Part shown: piece after piece, positions 9,971 to 20,103 of the stretch | Numbering within the stretch: the stretch's first letter is position 1 | Layout of the letters: each line of letters opens with the position of its first letter | NCBI GenBank assembly: GCA_965223295.1 | Contig: CBDCWC010000002.1 | Coordinates: 160,001-224,000, forward strand | DNA from: Nitrospirales bacterium | Lineage (GTDB): Bacteria > Nitrospirota > Nitrospiria > Nitrospirales > UBA8639 | DNA: 64,000 nt | Direction of reading: 5' to 3' | The notes under the pieces: generated by a model | Told to the model about the DNA's origin: nothing | The model's input: the letters and a program-made list of their open reading frames with translations, nothing else | Databases searched by the model: none | Program-made: the position numbers and the translations under genes

Positions 9971-9986
9971 CGCAAAGGCCTTGCCA
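9971..9986 (-). promoter_or_regulatory. sigma54 -24/-12 promoter upstream of the OmpA-sortase genes
   Basis: Minus strand TGGCAAGGCCTTTGCG (GG-N10-GC); IHF-like AAACAATGACTTA near 10014; GCGGGGAT repeats and palindrome at 10051-10097 as candidate enhancer. Confidence 0.75.
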
Positions 9987-10103
9987 CCTCATGATTTTGT
10001 GAAATTATTGTAAAAACAATGACTTATGCTGATAGTGTTGTATGAAGGTATGCGGGGATTGCGTGGATGCAAGCGGGGATGCGGGGCCATCCCCGCAAGC
10101 TCA

Positions 10104-10450
10104 GTTATTCCCGACACATCCTTAATCGGGAATCCATCTGTTCGTAGATGTTCTGTGATGCCAGGGTTCGTCCCGGCAGCCGAGCCTCTTTGGTTCGGTC
10201 AAAGTGCCCAAACCCATGTTGGGCGTACTGTGCCCTTTGGGTTCGCTGTGCGGTTCGCCAACACCGGTGGCGCGCAAGCTCGCGGAGCCTGTCCCGAGAG
10301 TTCCCGAAGGGCTCAAACAATGCCCGTCTTTTCTCCGGTGTTGGCTATACGGCTCAGCCACACTACATGGCCAGAGACGGCTACTCAGACAGACTCGGCA
10401 GAGAGGCGGATTTGGCTAGGGGCTCAGCCGTGCCCAAGGCAGGAATTCTT
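10104..10450. repeat. Cluster of structured REP/MITE-like hairpin repeats
   Basis: ATTCCCGA...TCGGGAAT hairpin; GCCAGGGTTCGTCCCGGC; long-range stem GCCAACACCGG/CCGGTGTTGGC enclosing CCTGTCCCGAG...CGAAGGG. Confidence 0.6.
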
Positions 10451-10560
10451 TAAAGCGTTATTAATGTTAGTGGTAGTTAGCGGAGGTTCCATTTTTTCCT
10501 TGACTTATATTCGATGAAGATTAAGCTATCTTCAGTGTGGATCCCACCTACCCCAAAAAT

Positions 10561-11112
10561 ATGAGAAAAGTCATGCCGATAATCCAAAGGGTTGTTGTAT
10601 TAATGTTTCTGGGTGCCTGTACGGTCTCATATGCATTTGAACTTGGGGACCCTTTCGATACTCCTCTGGGGAAGAAGCACGAATCTGCCGTAAAAGTCCT
10701 AGTAATACCAACTAAAACTCTGCCGACATCTTGCCGTCTAGCGCAAGAAGTGCAGACCTCGCCTATTTTCCCAGCAACGATGAATCCCTATGTGACGGAT
10801 GATAAAAAGTTAATAGGCCTTGCTTCACAGATTGGGTTTGGTAGAAAACATCTAGATGATATTATTATTGCTCTATCGGCGTTGTACTATTCGGAACCAG
10901 CAAATTCAGAGGTGGGTATATGAGGTTTGCTTTTTAAAAGTGAAAAGGGTGCTATGGCTTACTCTGACCTTCTAAAATACAGGCCGGCATTCATTAAAGG
11001 CCCTCTCGTTCTTACTGTGTAGGTCGATAACGAGTCCGGAAAAAATTGCAAAGAAACTATTGAGGGTAGCTTGATAAGTGAGGGATTCAAAACACTTCCA
11101 GTTAAGTCCTAA
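10561..11112 (+). pseudogene. Exported hypothetical protein with two in-frame stops
   Basis: Frame continues past TGA 10921 (EVGI*GLLFKS) and TAG 11020 (LVLTV*VDNE) to TAA 11110-11112; each stop is one G>A change from TGG. Confidence 0.6.
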
Positions 11113-11165
11113 CGCAGTGTGTACAAATACTTGATGACTGCACCTTCAATAGACTTCGATAAAAG

Positions 11166-11693
11166 ATGGGTGAGAAATCGATTTATTATTTCGCCTATGG
11201 CTCGAACCTTCATCCGGTCCGATTGTCCGAACGTACGCCTTCCGCTGAATTGCTCGGCATGACAGATTTGAGCCACCATCGTCTTGCATTTCATAAACAA
11301 GGTCGTGATGGATCGAGCAAATGTAACGTGTTTCGCACGGATAAAGAATCCGACAAGGTGTATGGAGCCATCTATCAAATGGACTCGGCTCATAAACCAG
11401 TTCTGGATTCTTTCGAAGGGAATGGTTATCGCGATGACCAGCTTATGGTTGACCTTCATGGAAAGAAAGTTTGCTGCTTTAGCTATTTTGCTCAACAACC
11501 CTTTATTGTCAATGACATGAAACCCTATCATTGGTATAAGGATCTCGTGGTTCTGGGTGCGAGATATTTGGGGTTTCCAGAGGCTTATGTTCGTTCTATT
11601 GAACTGACTGAGTCGATTGAAGATCCGGACAAGACAAGAGAAATGCAGTGTCATGGTTTGATTCAGCGAATCCTTCAATCTTCCAGCTCATAA
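11166..11693 (+). CDS. Gamma-glutamylcyclotransferase family protein
   Basis: YFAYGSNL, VYGAIY, LDSFEG. Confidence 0.9.
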   Translation: MGEKSIYYFAYGSNLHPVRLSERTPSAELLGMTDLSHHRLAFHKQGRDGSSKCNVFRTDKESDKVYGAIYQMDSAHKPVLDSFEGNGYRDDQLMVDLHGKKVCCFSYFAQQPFIVNDMKPYHWYKDLVVLGARYLGFPEAYVRSIELTESIEDPDKTREMQCHGLIQRILQSSSS

Positions 11694-11706
11694 CCTGGGA
11701 CTTTTT

Positions 11707-12045
11707 ATGAGCGAGTATGTTGAATATTTAAAAGAAGTCTTCAGTGAATTTGGACCGGTCCAGCCGCGACGGATGTTTGGAGGCTATGGAGTGTTTTACA
11801 AGGGGTTAATGTTTGCATTGGTAGCGGACGATGTGCTGTATCTCAAATCGGATGAAAAAATTGCCCTTTATTTTACCGAACGGGAGCTGGAACAATTCAC
11901 CTACGAGAAACAGGGCAAGGCGTTTAAGATGTCCTATTACATGGCCCCAGAAGATATTTTTGACGATCCTGACGAAGCCAAGGTTTGGGCTGATCGTTCA
12001 TATGCGGCGGCCGTGCGTTCAAAGAAACCCAAGAAAAAGAAGTAA
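11707..12045 (+). CDS. TfoX/Sxy N-terminal family protein
   Basis: RRMFGGYGVF, MFALV, LYLKSD, MSYY. Confidence 0.9.
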   Translation: MSEYVEYLKEVFSEFGPVQPRRMFGGYGVFYKGLMFALVADDVLYLKSDEKIALYFTERELEQFTYEKQGKAFKMSYYMAPEDIFDDPDEAKVWADRSYAAAVRSKKPKKKK

Positions 12046-12208
12046 GTAGCCTGGCCTCACTCCCCTTTACTTGCCCGCAACTTTTTCGTCTTTTTTTCGG
12101 AATCCGTTCTTCATACTCTGTTTTGCAGTTCTAGATGACTTATCGAAAATTTTCTATTAAGGTAGGCAATCAACTTTTGGTTTTTTGCCGTTTTAGGATG
12201 AAATTAAT

Positions 12209-13410
12209 ATGAAAGTGTTGATGCTGACTAATGAGTTCCCTCCATACACCTACGGTGGGGCGGGAGCGCATGTGGAGTATTTGAGCCGCGAGCTTTCCCG
12301 CATGCTTCCGGTTGAAGTGCGATGCTTTGGGGACCAGGAGGTTGAGCAGGGCAATCTCAAGGTTCGCGGGTTTGCCCTTGGCGAAGTACCATTTGGCGCA
12401 CCCAAACCTCTTCATTCAGTCTTTGGAGCGGTACAACGGTGCTGGCAAATGAATGCGGAGGGATTAGACGCAGATGTCGTGCATTGCCACACTTGGTACA
12501 GTCATTTAGGAGGCATTCTGGCCAAGTTGAATTATGGCATTCCCATGGTGGTGACGACCCATTCGTTGGAGCCGTTGCGCCCCTGGAAACGGGAACAACT
12601 CGCGGGAGGGTATGATTTTTCGTCGTGGGTTGAAAAACCGCATTGGAGATGGCTGATGCGATTATTGCCGTATCACAAGGGACCAAAGAAGATATTCTTA
12701 AATGGTTCGATGTGCAGGAGGATCGGGTCCATGTCATTTACAATGGTATTGATCTGCATGAATTTACGAAAGTGGAAAGTCATGAAGTCTTGACGCGTTA
12801 TGGGATTCCCCGGTCACAGCCATATCTGCTTTTTGTAGGACGAATCACTCGACAGAAAGGAATCATCTATTTAGTCAATGCGCTTTCCTACTTGGACCCT
12901 GGATTTCCGGTCGTCCTGTGTGCGGGGTCTCCGGATACTCCGGCGATTGCCCTTGAAATGAAAGAGGCCGTTGAACGTGCTTCAGCCCATCGTGAACAAA
13001 TTTACTGGATTCAAGATATCTTGGATAAGCCCAGTCTGATTGAATTATATTCCCACGCCGGCGTGTTCTGTTGTCCGTCAATTTATGAACCCTTTGGTAT
13101 TATCAATTTAGAAGCCATGGCTTGCGAAAAGCCAGTGGTGGCGTCAGCGGTGGGAGGTATTCCAGAAGTTGTGGTTGACGATGAAACAGGTTTACTCGTA
13201 CCGGTTGATCAATATGACGAAGCGCCGTTTACGCCTAAAGATCCTGAGAAATATGCGCAAGATTTAGCTGAACGAATTAATCAATTGATGCGGGATCCAG
13301 CTCTGCGCCAACCGATGGGGGAAGCTGGACGTCGCCGGGCGGAAGAACTCTTTAGTTGGACGGCCATTGCTCAACGGACCAAAGCCTTATATGAAGCCGT
13401 TGTGAAGTGA
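12209..13410 (+). pseudogene. glgA: Glycogen synthase GlgA/GlgM-type GT4, split by a 1-nt frameshift
   Basis: EFPPYTYGGAGAHVEYL, HCHTWY, HSLEPLRPWKREQL, FVGRITRQKG, YEPFGIINLEAMAC. One extra A in the A5 run at 12633-12637 restores VEKTALEM; may be a sequencing error. Confidence 0.85.
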
Positions 13411-13486
13411 ATCGAAGGTCTTTAAAGACGAGGTCTTATCGGAGGTGTAGGGCTCATCATAGGCAAGATTTGCATGGAGTACACGG

Positions 13487-13720
13487 TTATTCGGGATCCT
13501 GCCCGGTTTGAAACATGGTTTCCAGTCGACGAATTTCTTCCTTGCGTCGATGCCGTTCTTCCACGAGTAACGAGATAAGCGAGTTCCAAAAGGCCACTTC
13601 GGAGGGAGAGCCATCGGTCACACGTTGGTCGCGCCATTCTGTCGCAAAACGAGTATACACTCGAATTTCACAATCATTAAAACTTTTGAGCGCATCAATC
13701 AATTCGTCTTCAGCATGCAT
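13487..13720 (-). CDS. Small acidic helical hypothetical protein (paralog 1)
   Basis: Clear paralog of 14120-14383 (YTxFAxExRDQR...ExxFWN...ERxRR...IRRLExMxxTGxDP); RBS AGGAAGG. Confidence 0.85.
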   Translation of the reverse strand: MHAEDELIDALKSFNDCEIRVYTRFATEWRDQRVTDGSPSEVAFWNSLISLLVEERHRRKEEIRRLETMFQTGQDPE

Positions 13721-13780
13721 AAGTCACTGAACCTTCCTGAAATGAAAAATTACTATAAGGAAGCCATCTACATACAGACG

Positions 13781-13809
13781 TTATCGGCGGTTCGGAAATC
13801 GTTCCTTAG
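13781..13809 (-). promoter_or_regulatory. Putative sigma28-like promoter of paralog 1
   Basis: CTAAG-N16-GCCGATAA. Confidence 0.5.
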
Positions 13810-13836
13810 TGTGGGAGGCGTTTTCATGCGTAAAAA

Positions 13837-14091
13837 ATGCTGATTAAAAAGGCGGTATCACGTTGTGCACTTTTCAGTCGAGAGATTGGTCTGGTTGCTT
13901 TGCTAGGGGCTCTCATGGCATGTGGTGAAGATCCTCAACAATTATTCGAAACTGCGCAATTTGAAGAACAACAACACAATCAAGCGCATGCCAGAGAATT
14001 ATATGAACGTATTCTTCGTGATCATCCGAAGAGCACGATTGCTGGAAAGGCGCAACAACGATTGAATGAATTGAAAAAGGAGAATCCCTAA
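13837..14091 (+). CDS. Small TPR-like lipoprotein
   Basis: Lipobox LMAC; ARELYERILRDHPKS TPR-type helix pair. Confidence 0.8.
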   Translation: MLIKKAVSRCALFSREIGLVALLGALMACGEDPQQLFETAQFEEQQHNQAHARELYERILRDHPKSTIAGKAQQRLNELKKENP

Positions 14092-14119
14092 GGAGGAGAA
14101 GTGTTGCCCTGATGAACTT

Positions 14120-14383
14120 TCAGGCGTAGTCGTCCGGGTCCACGCCGGTCCGGTACATGTATTCTAACCGTCGAATGTCTTGATCCCGCCGCATGCGCTC
14201 ATCAATACAGAGGTTGACGACTGTATTCCAAAACCCAGCTTCAGCCATGGAGCCGGATTCCAACCGTTGGTCCCGGAATTCACTCGCAAAGCAGGTGTAG
14301 CGCTGCAAGTCGCTGTCTTCGAAATCTTGAAGAAAACTAGTAAGATTTTCGGTCTGGGTAAGGGGTTCGTTATTCTGACTCAT
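14120..14383 (-). CDS. Small acidic helical hypothetical protein (paralog 2)
   Basis: Paralog of 13487-13720; start moved to ATG 14383 behind RBS AGGAG. Confidence 0.85.
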   Translation of the reverse strand: MSQNNEPLTQTENLTSFLQDFEDSDLQRYTCFASEFRDQRLESGSMAEAGFWNTVVNLCIDERMRRDQDIRRLEYMYRTGVDPDDYA

Positions 14384-14402
14384 GTTCTCTCCTGTGATGA
14401 TG

Positions 14403-14431
14403 GTATCGGTTGGCACCACAGAGGATCTTGA
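14403..14431 (-). promoter_or_regulatory. Putative sigma28-like promoter of paralog 2
   Basis: TCAAG-N16-ACCGATAC, same spacing as at paralog 1. Confidence 0.5.
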
Positions 14432-14853
14432 GTATTTGTCAGAAAAAACTTACTGCAACAGACGGAAAGAGGGTGGAGCTGACAGCCTGAGAGGTACGGG
14501 TTACATAGGTTGTGTGAAGTTTGAGCATATTGTGGAAAGCTGGTCGTTCTTATTGAAAGAACATCAAGACACTTTGAAAAACTGTAACAAGAATTGTAGA
14601 TAGGACTTTCTGGAATCTCAGATTGTGGTTGTTAATCCATCGCAACGGTGCGGGGATAAAAACGGAAGATGGTGGTGGAGTCTAGGTGAAGATTAGCGAT
14701 GACTTTTTCCTGTCCAGGATAGGTCAGGGTTAACATAGTGACATAGGACATACCCTCAGGTTAGGTGTGGACTTTACTATTGCCTTTGCTGGTCATTTAT
14801 AGGGGATAGGAGGTATGTGTGTTGTTCTTCACGGGGTTAATCTTATTTGGAAA

Positions 14854-15192
14854 TTAAAGCCGAACGGTATTGGAAAAGGTGTGGATCACTGTGACTCCCG
14901 CGATAATTAATCCCATGCCAATGATAGCTGGCGTATCAGGGATTTCTCGAAAAGCCACAACTCCAACAAGTGCGACAAGGACGATTCCGACCCCTGACCA
15001 AATGGCATACGTGATGCCAACCGTCAGCTCACGCAACACTAAGCTTAACAAATAAAAGGCGGCTCCATACCCGAAGACCACTAGCAAGCTGGGTCCCAAC
15101 TTCGTGAACCCTTCAGCACTTTTGAGGGCACTGGTGGCAATGACTTCTGCCAGAATGGCCATAAACAAATAGAGATAGGTCATGGAGTGCAT
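14854..15192 (-). CDS. SMR family multidrug efflux transporter (EmrE/Qac type)
   Basis: AILAEVIATSALK (Glu14 equivalent), EGFT, YAIWSGVG; four TM helices. Confidence 0.93.
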   Translation of the reverse strand: MHSMTYLYLFMAILAEVIATSALKSAEGFTKLGPSLLVVFGYGAAFYLLSLVLRELTVGITYAIWSGVGIVLVALVGVVAFREIPDTPAIIGMGLIIAGVTVIHTFSNTVRL

Positions 15193-15283
15193 CCCTTCCG
15201 TTCAGTTTCTCGCATTCTTTGTTACCAGGCGGAGTCTGAGCTTGTTTGTTATTTTTGTTCCTAACTGAAAAACCATTTTAGAG

Positions 15284-16084
15284 CTAGCTTGCATTGAGCA
15301 TGCGAATTTCCCGTTGAGGGAAAGGAATCTGAATACGATCGCTTCCGAATGCTTCCACAATAGCTTTGTACAGTTCTGCTTGAGCCGGAACATAATCTGA
15401 CACAGCTACCCAAGGTTTCACGGAAATGTTAATCGAAGAATTTCCCAGCTCTCCGATACCAATGACGGGTACCGGATCTTGTACCACTCGTGGATTGGCA
15501 TTGACCACTCGGGTGACCGTTGCCAAAGCGTGTGTGAGATCGGTGGCATAAGCCACGCTAACGGTCAAATGTAATTGGCGAATTTTTCCATAATTGTGCA
15601 AAATTTCGCCAATGATTTTTCGATTTGGAATGACCACGACAGACTGGTCGATATGTCGGAGCTTCGTTGTAAAAATGTCGATGGCTTGGACTTCTCCATG
15701 TTCTCCTAAAATATCGATGAATTCTCCTACGCGGAATGGTTTGGTAATAATAATGCTCAACCCGGCGAAAAGATTAAGGAAGACTCCTTGGAGCGCTAAG
15801 CCTATTCCCACACCGGCCACACCGAGACCGGCAAGCAAGGGGAAAATTTGAATGCCAAATTGTTGCAACATCACTAACAGGGTAAAAACGAAGATGATGC
15901 CTTTCACAATACGAACAAGTAAAAGGCGGACGGGTGGTTCCATCTCAAGTTTCCCTAACGACTTGTGGGCATACTGCCCGGCTGATTTGGCCAGAAAGGC
16001 TCCAATTCCCAAGATCAACAGTCCGCTGGCGGCCTGTAGTCCATACTGAATGACTAAATCCATGCTGATGTTCGTTCCAAACAT
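15284..16084 (-). CDS. mscS: Small-conductance mechanosensitive channel
   Basis: GIGLALQG, KPFRVGEFI, VIPN, IPFPQREI; start at MFGTN behind GGAGG. Confidence 0.9.
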   Translation of the reverse strand: MFGTNISMDLVIQYGLQAASGLLILGIGAFLAKSAGQYAHKSLGKLEMEPPVRLLLVRIVKGIIFVFTLLVMLQQFGIQIFPLLAGLGVAGVGIGLALQGVFLNLFAGLSIIITKPFRVGEFIDILGEHGEVQAIDIFTTKLRHIDQSVVVIPNRKIIGEILHNYGKIRQLHLTVSVAYATDLTHALATVTRVVNANPRVVQDPVPVIGIGELGNSSINISVKPWVAVSDYVPAQAELYKAIVEAFGSDRIQIPFPQREIRMLNAS

Positions 16085-16316
16085 GTTTCTTCCTCCAAGT
16101 AAATGTAAAATGTTTTTACAAGAACGTGTGTGGTTGCTCATTAGCATAGCGATTATAAAAATTCCTGGTCTAGTGAGAGCGGCGAATAATTATGTTGGTG
16201 GCGTTGGTGGCTCATGTGACTTGCGAAACAAGTGAAATTTCGATATGACAAATGAGGCATCGGGGGTATGTTGACGATTGTCATTCGAAACGATGATTGA
16301 GGATAGGAGAAACGAG

Positions 16317-17978
16317 ATGGAAAGCCGTGGAAGAGTTTGCTTATTAGGACTCGTAGCCTTATTGAGCATTGGGGGAGTAAGCGTCCCTGAAATTTCATCT
16401 GCGAAGGAGGAGCCGGTTCGTCTTTATGAGGCGTTGGGGCGGCATCATTTTCGGATCTCTACCAGTATTCCGATGGCTCAGCGCTATTTCGATCAGGGCA
16501 TGATTCTTATGTATGGGTTCAATCATGCAGAAGCGGCTCGATCATTCCAGTATGCTCAACAGTTAGATCCCACCTGTGCGATGTGTTTTTGGGGTGAGGC
16601 GCTGGTGCTTGGCCCTAATATCAATGCACCCATGGCGGATTCGGCAGTTCCACAAGCCTATGCTGCGAGCCAACAAGCCATGACCTTGCGAGGGAAGGCT
16701 TCTGGAAAAGAGCGTGCGCTCATTCAAGCTGTGGCGAAACGGTATTCAAAAGACGTTTTACCCGACCGCTCTGTTCTGGATGTGACTTATGCCGAGGTCA
16801 TGCGGCAGGTGTTTGCGCAGTTTCCAGATGATTCTGTGGTTGGAGCTTTGTTAGCAGAAGCATTAATGGATGTACACCCATGGGATTTTTGGAAAAAAGA
16901 TGGCAAGCCCCAACCATGGACGCCAGAAATTGTTTCAACTTTGGAACGGGTGCTTGATCTGAATCCCAATCTTCCCTTGGGACATCATCTGTATATTCAC
17001 GCTCTGGAAGCCTCGCCGCATCCAGAAAAGGCCCTATCCAGTGCGGCCAGACTGCCGGCGCTGGTTTCGGGGTCTGGTCATTTGGTGCATATGCCGGCGC
17101 ATATTTATATTCGAATCGGTTGGTATCGTGATGCGTTAGTGGCCAATCAGCGTGCGGTGAAAGTGGATGAAGAGTATTTGCATGGTTCGCATGTTGAAAG
17201 TCTTTATACTGCCGCCTATGTACCGCACAATTTTCATTTTCTCTGGGCGGCAGCGATCAAAACAGGCCAACGTGATATCGCGATGCAAGCGGCGAATGAT
17301 ACGGCAGCAAACGTAACACTTGAAGCCATGCGGGATCCTGCCGTCGCTGGCACCCTTCAACATTTCTGGTTAATGCCGCTTTTCACCAACGCGTTGTTTG
17401 GACAATGGGACGAGGTTCTTCAAGAACCTGCGCCTCCGTCAGAATTGGTCTATCCGGCAGGTATCCGGCATTATGCCAGGGGTTTAGCATTTTTACGGCA
17501 AAAGCAGGTGGAGAAGGCTGAAAGGGAACGGGATACCCTGACGCGCATTGTGAAAGATCCAGCTCTTGCTGCTATGGCTATTTTCGACATCAATGCCGTT
17601 TCTGATATTTTGAAAATTGCCCAGGCAGTATTGTCGGGCGAAATCGCTGCACAACAGGGAGACTTTGCGGAAGCCGTGACTCACTTGCAGGAAGCTATCG
17701 AAATCGAGGATGGCTTGCATTATACCGAACCCAAAGATTGGTATCTTCCTCCGCGCCAGGTGTTGGGAGCGATTTTGCTGGACGCGGGAAACCCGGTTGA
17801 AGCTGAACAGATCTATCGGGAAGATCTTCTCGTGCATCCACAGAATGGGTGGTCTCTTTTTGGCCTTGTGCAAAGTCTTAAGGGCCAAGGGAAAGTTGAG
17901 AAGGCTCAGGGTGTGCAACAGGAATTTGCTAAATCCTGGGCCGATTCTGATGTGACATTAACCAGTTCGCGCTTTTGA
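16317..17978 (+). CDS. Exported TPR-repeat protein
   Basis: Signal peptide; AQRYFDQG, GFNHAEA, HHLYIHALE, GHLVHMPAHIY; C-terminal TPRs. Confidence 0.85.
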   Translation: MESRGRVCLLGLVALLSIGGVSVPEISSAKEEPVRLYEALGRHHFRISTSIPMAQRYFDQGMILMYGFNHAEAARSFQYAQQLDPTCAMCFWGEALVLGPNINAPMADSAVPQAYAASQQAMTLRGKASGKERALIQAVAKRYSKDVLPDRSVLDVTYAEVMRQVFAQFPDDSVVGALLAEALMDVHPWDFWKKDGKPQPWTPEIVSTLERVLDLNPNLPLGHHLYIHALEASPHPEKALSSAARLPALVSGSGHLVHMPAHIYIRIGWYRDALVANQRAVKVDEEYLHGSHVESLYTAAYVPHNFHFLWAAAIKTGQRDIAMQAANDTAANVTLEAMRDPAVAGTLQHFWLMPLFTNALFGQWDEVLQEPAPPSELVYPAGIRHYARGLAFLRQKQVEKAERERDTLTRIVKDPALAAMAIFDINAVSDILKIAQAVLSGEIAAQQGDFAEAVTHLQEAIEIEDGLHYTEPKDWYLPPRQVLGAILLDAGNPVEAEQIYREDLLVHPQNGWSLFGLVQSLKGQGKVEKAQGVQQEFAKSWADSDVTLTSSRF

Positions 17979-18226
17979 ATCGTCATTTTGAGGCCTTGCA
18001 GAAATGCCGGTCCGACCCGAGTAGGGTTCTGTGTCTAAACTGCCTTTTGTTTGGTAGTTGTGCTTCCTCCTGTTTGCGGTCTTTTTCTCCTCTGTTCATT
18101 TAAGTTCTTCTTGGAACTGTCCGACATAACTTCTCAATGGTCCTCTCTTTAGGAAGAGGTGTTGAGAGATGGTTCACTATTGTTGGTGGTTTCTATGACT
18201 GTTCAATTTGCTAATCGGAGGCCACT

Positions 18227-18868
18227 TTGAGCCGGCGCTCAGAAGGCATTCCCTGCTCCTCCTCGCCCAGTGGGGGTAATGGTGCCGGAATGACTCGTCT
18301 AGAAGCGATTGCCGAGCGGCGTGCTGTTCCCGGTGTGATGTTATTTGGGGGAACAGGCGATGTGCTGTTTATGAATGCCGAGGCCGAAGTGCTCAGCAGA
18401 CAAATTATTGGCGCACGGTATGGGTCCGGCGCTCAGGAAGTGTTGCCAACGGAAGTGCTGGATTTGTGTGTCTCTTTACGACGCTTACTAGAAAACGAGA
18501 ACCTCGAGGATTCTGATGGACGAAACGAATTGCGGCGTGTGACCGGGGATGTTAATGCGCCGGTGTTGCTGCGCGGTTTCCCCTTAGCTCCGCATTCCCC
18601 GACTGATGATGCCTGTATGTTAATTTTGATGGAAAAGCTTGGCCGTGAGCGGCATGTTGTTCCTGATCAAGCCAAAGACCAATTCCGGTTGACTGATCGG
18701 GAAGTGGAAATTGTGAAATATATTAGCGAAGGATGGACAAATAAGGAAATTGCTAATCATCTGACGATTAGTGAGCATACGGTAAAGGAGCATGTCCGGC
18801 ATTTGTTAAAGAAAACTAAAAGTACCACTCGCACAGGAATTCTTGCGCAAATTTTCCAAGATACGTAA
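18227..18868 (+). CDS. LuxR-family HTH transcriptional regulator
   Basis: LTDREVEIV...GWTNKEIANHLTISEHTVKEHV; N-terminal PAS-like segment; start uncertain. Confidence 0.9.
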   Translation: MSRRSEGIPCSSSPSGGNGAGMTRLEAIAERRAVPGVMLFGGTGDVLFMNAEAEVLSRQIIGARYGSGAQEVLPTEVLDLCVSLRRLLENENLEDSDGRNELRRVTGDVNAPVLLRGFPLAPHSPTDDACMLILMEKLGRERHVVPDQAKDQFRLTDREVEIVKYISEGWTNKEIANHLTISEHTVKEHVRHLLKKTKSTTRTGILAQIFQDT

Positions 18869-19023
18869 AATCTGCATTCTGTCCAAGGCATCGATTTCCG
18901 CTCTGAAAAACTTTATTATTCTTGCTTCTGGCTCCTATCCCATAGATAATCTGGGCCATGTCTTTTTTGGGGTGGCAATGGCCTTCAGCTTTGCTGTTTG
19001 CCCTGGCTGTGCCAGCAGAGGAA

Positions 19024-19668
19024 ATGTCTCAGCTCGATGAGGCTGATTTAGTCCAGGCCTTACAACGGGGTGATGAAACAGTGTTTTCTGCCATGATGGA
19101 CAGCTATTCAGGTTCTTTGCTGCGGTTGGCAATGGCCTATGTTCCGAGCCGGGCGGTTGCAGAGGAAGTTGTTCAGGAAACCTGGATGGGAGTCTTAGAA
19201 GGCATTGGACGATTTGAAGGGCGCTCATCCTTTAAAACGTGGTTATTTCGCATCTTAACCAATCGCGCAAAAACTCGGGGGATTCGTGAGCGGCGGTATG
19301 AGCCTGTTGGCTTGGCCAGGTCAGATACTGAATCAGATGAAGGCCCTTCGTTTGAAGAGGCCCTGTTTGTCGCGGAGGGTTCGGGAAAGGGACATTGGAT
19401 TGAGCCTCCGCAAGGTTGGCGGGCGGATACACCAGAGCGAGCTTTGTTGTCAAAGGAATGTCGATTGGCGATTGAAGAGGCCATTACAGTCTTGCCCGAT
19501 ATGCAGCGGCAGGTGATCACTCTGCGGGATGTTGAAGGCGTGAGCGCTGAAGACGTCTGTAATATTCTATCGATTAGTGAGACCAACCAGCGGGTGCTCT
19601 TGCATCGGGCGCGCTTGAAAGTGCGCCACATCTTAGATCCCTATGTGCAGGGAGGCCGAACGTCGTAA
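19024..19668 (+). CDS. ECF sigma-70 factor
   Basis: AEEVVQETW, FEGRSSFKTWLFRI, LPDMQRQVITLRDVEG, RVLLHRAR; start moved to MSQLDE. Confidence 0.93.
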   Translation: MSQLDEADLVQALQRGDETVFSAMMDSYSGSLLRLAMAYVPSRAVAEEVVQETWMGVLEGIGRFEGRSSFKTWLFRILTNRAKTRGIRERRYEPVGLARSDTESDEGPSFEEALFVAEGSGKGHWIEPPQGWRADTPERALLSKECRLAIEEAITVLPDMQRQVITLRDVEGVSAEDVCNILSISETNQRVLLHRARLKVRHILDPYVQGGRTS

Positions 19669-19670
19669 CA

Positions 19671-19982
19671 ATGGACAGAAGTTTTAAACAGCAACTCATG
19701 GGATATATGGTGGGGAATTTTACCTGCCAAGAGATTGCTGAACTTATTACTGATTATTTAGAAGGTTCTTTAACTCTTACGCAACGTCTTCGTTTTCAGA
19801 TGCATATTGGGTTATGTGTGGCCTGTCGAAATTTTTTGCGCCAAATGAAATATACGGTCGCGACTTTGCGCCAATTACCGTCTGAACCTGTCCCTCCCCA
19901 TATCAAAGAAGAGCTTCTTCGGCGTTTTCGCACCTGGAAGCAAGATGGCAGCTCATCGTTACATCAACCAGATTCGCTCTAA
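19671..19982 (+). CDS. zf-HC2 anti-sigma factor
   Basis: TCQEIAELITDYLEG...HIGLCVAC (HxxxCxxC), directly after the ECF gene. Confidence 0.9.
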   Translation: MDRSFKQQLMGYMVGNFTCQEIAELITDYLEGSLTLTQRLRFQMHIGLCVACRNFLRQMKYTVATLRQLPSEPVPPHIKEELLRRFRTWKQDGSSSLHQPDSL

Positions 19983-20103
19983 CTCTGGTCTTTCCCACAA
20001 AGTCGGACTGTTCCACGGCATGGTTTTCTTCTTCGTATCTAGAGATGGTAGGCTTTGCACCATGGTTCCCGTTTGGTATTGATCAATTAACAAGGAGTTT
20101 CTG

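Noticed and set aside
10921..10923. Selenocysteine read-through
   Set aside because: No redox-motif context and a second in-frame TAG follows; pseudogene is simpler.
11109..11678. Long antisense ORFs (this one, 19173-19631, 24662-25129, 53377-53841 and similar)
   Set aside because: Shadow or alternate-frame ORFs overlapping well-supported genes.
15192..15284. Guanidine riboswitch upstream of the SMR gene
   Set aside because: No paired ACGR hairpins or ykkC-like motif seen, and the protein looks EmrE/Qac-type.
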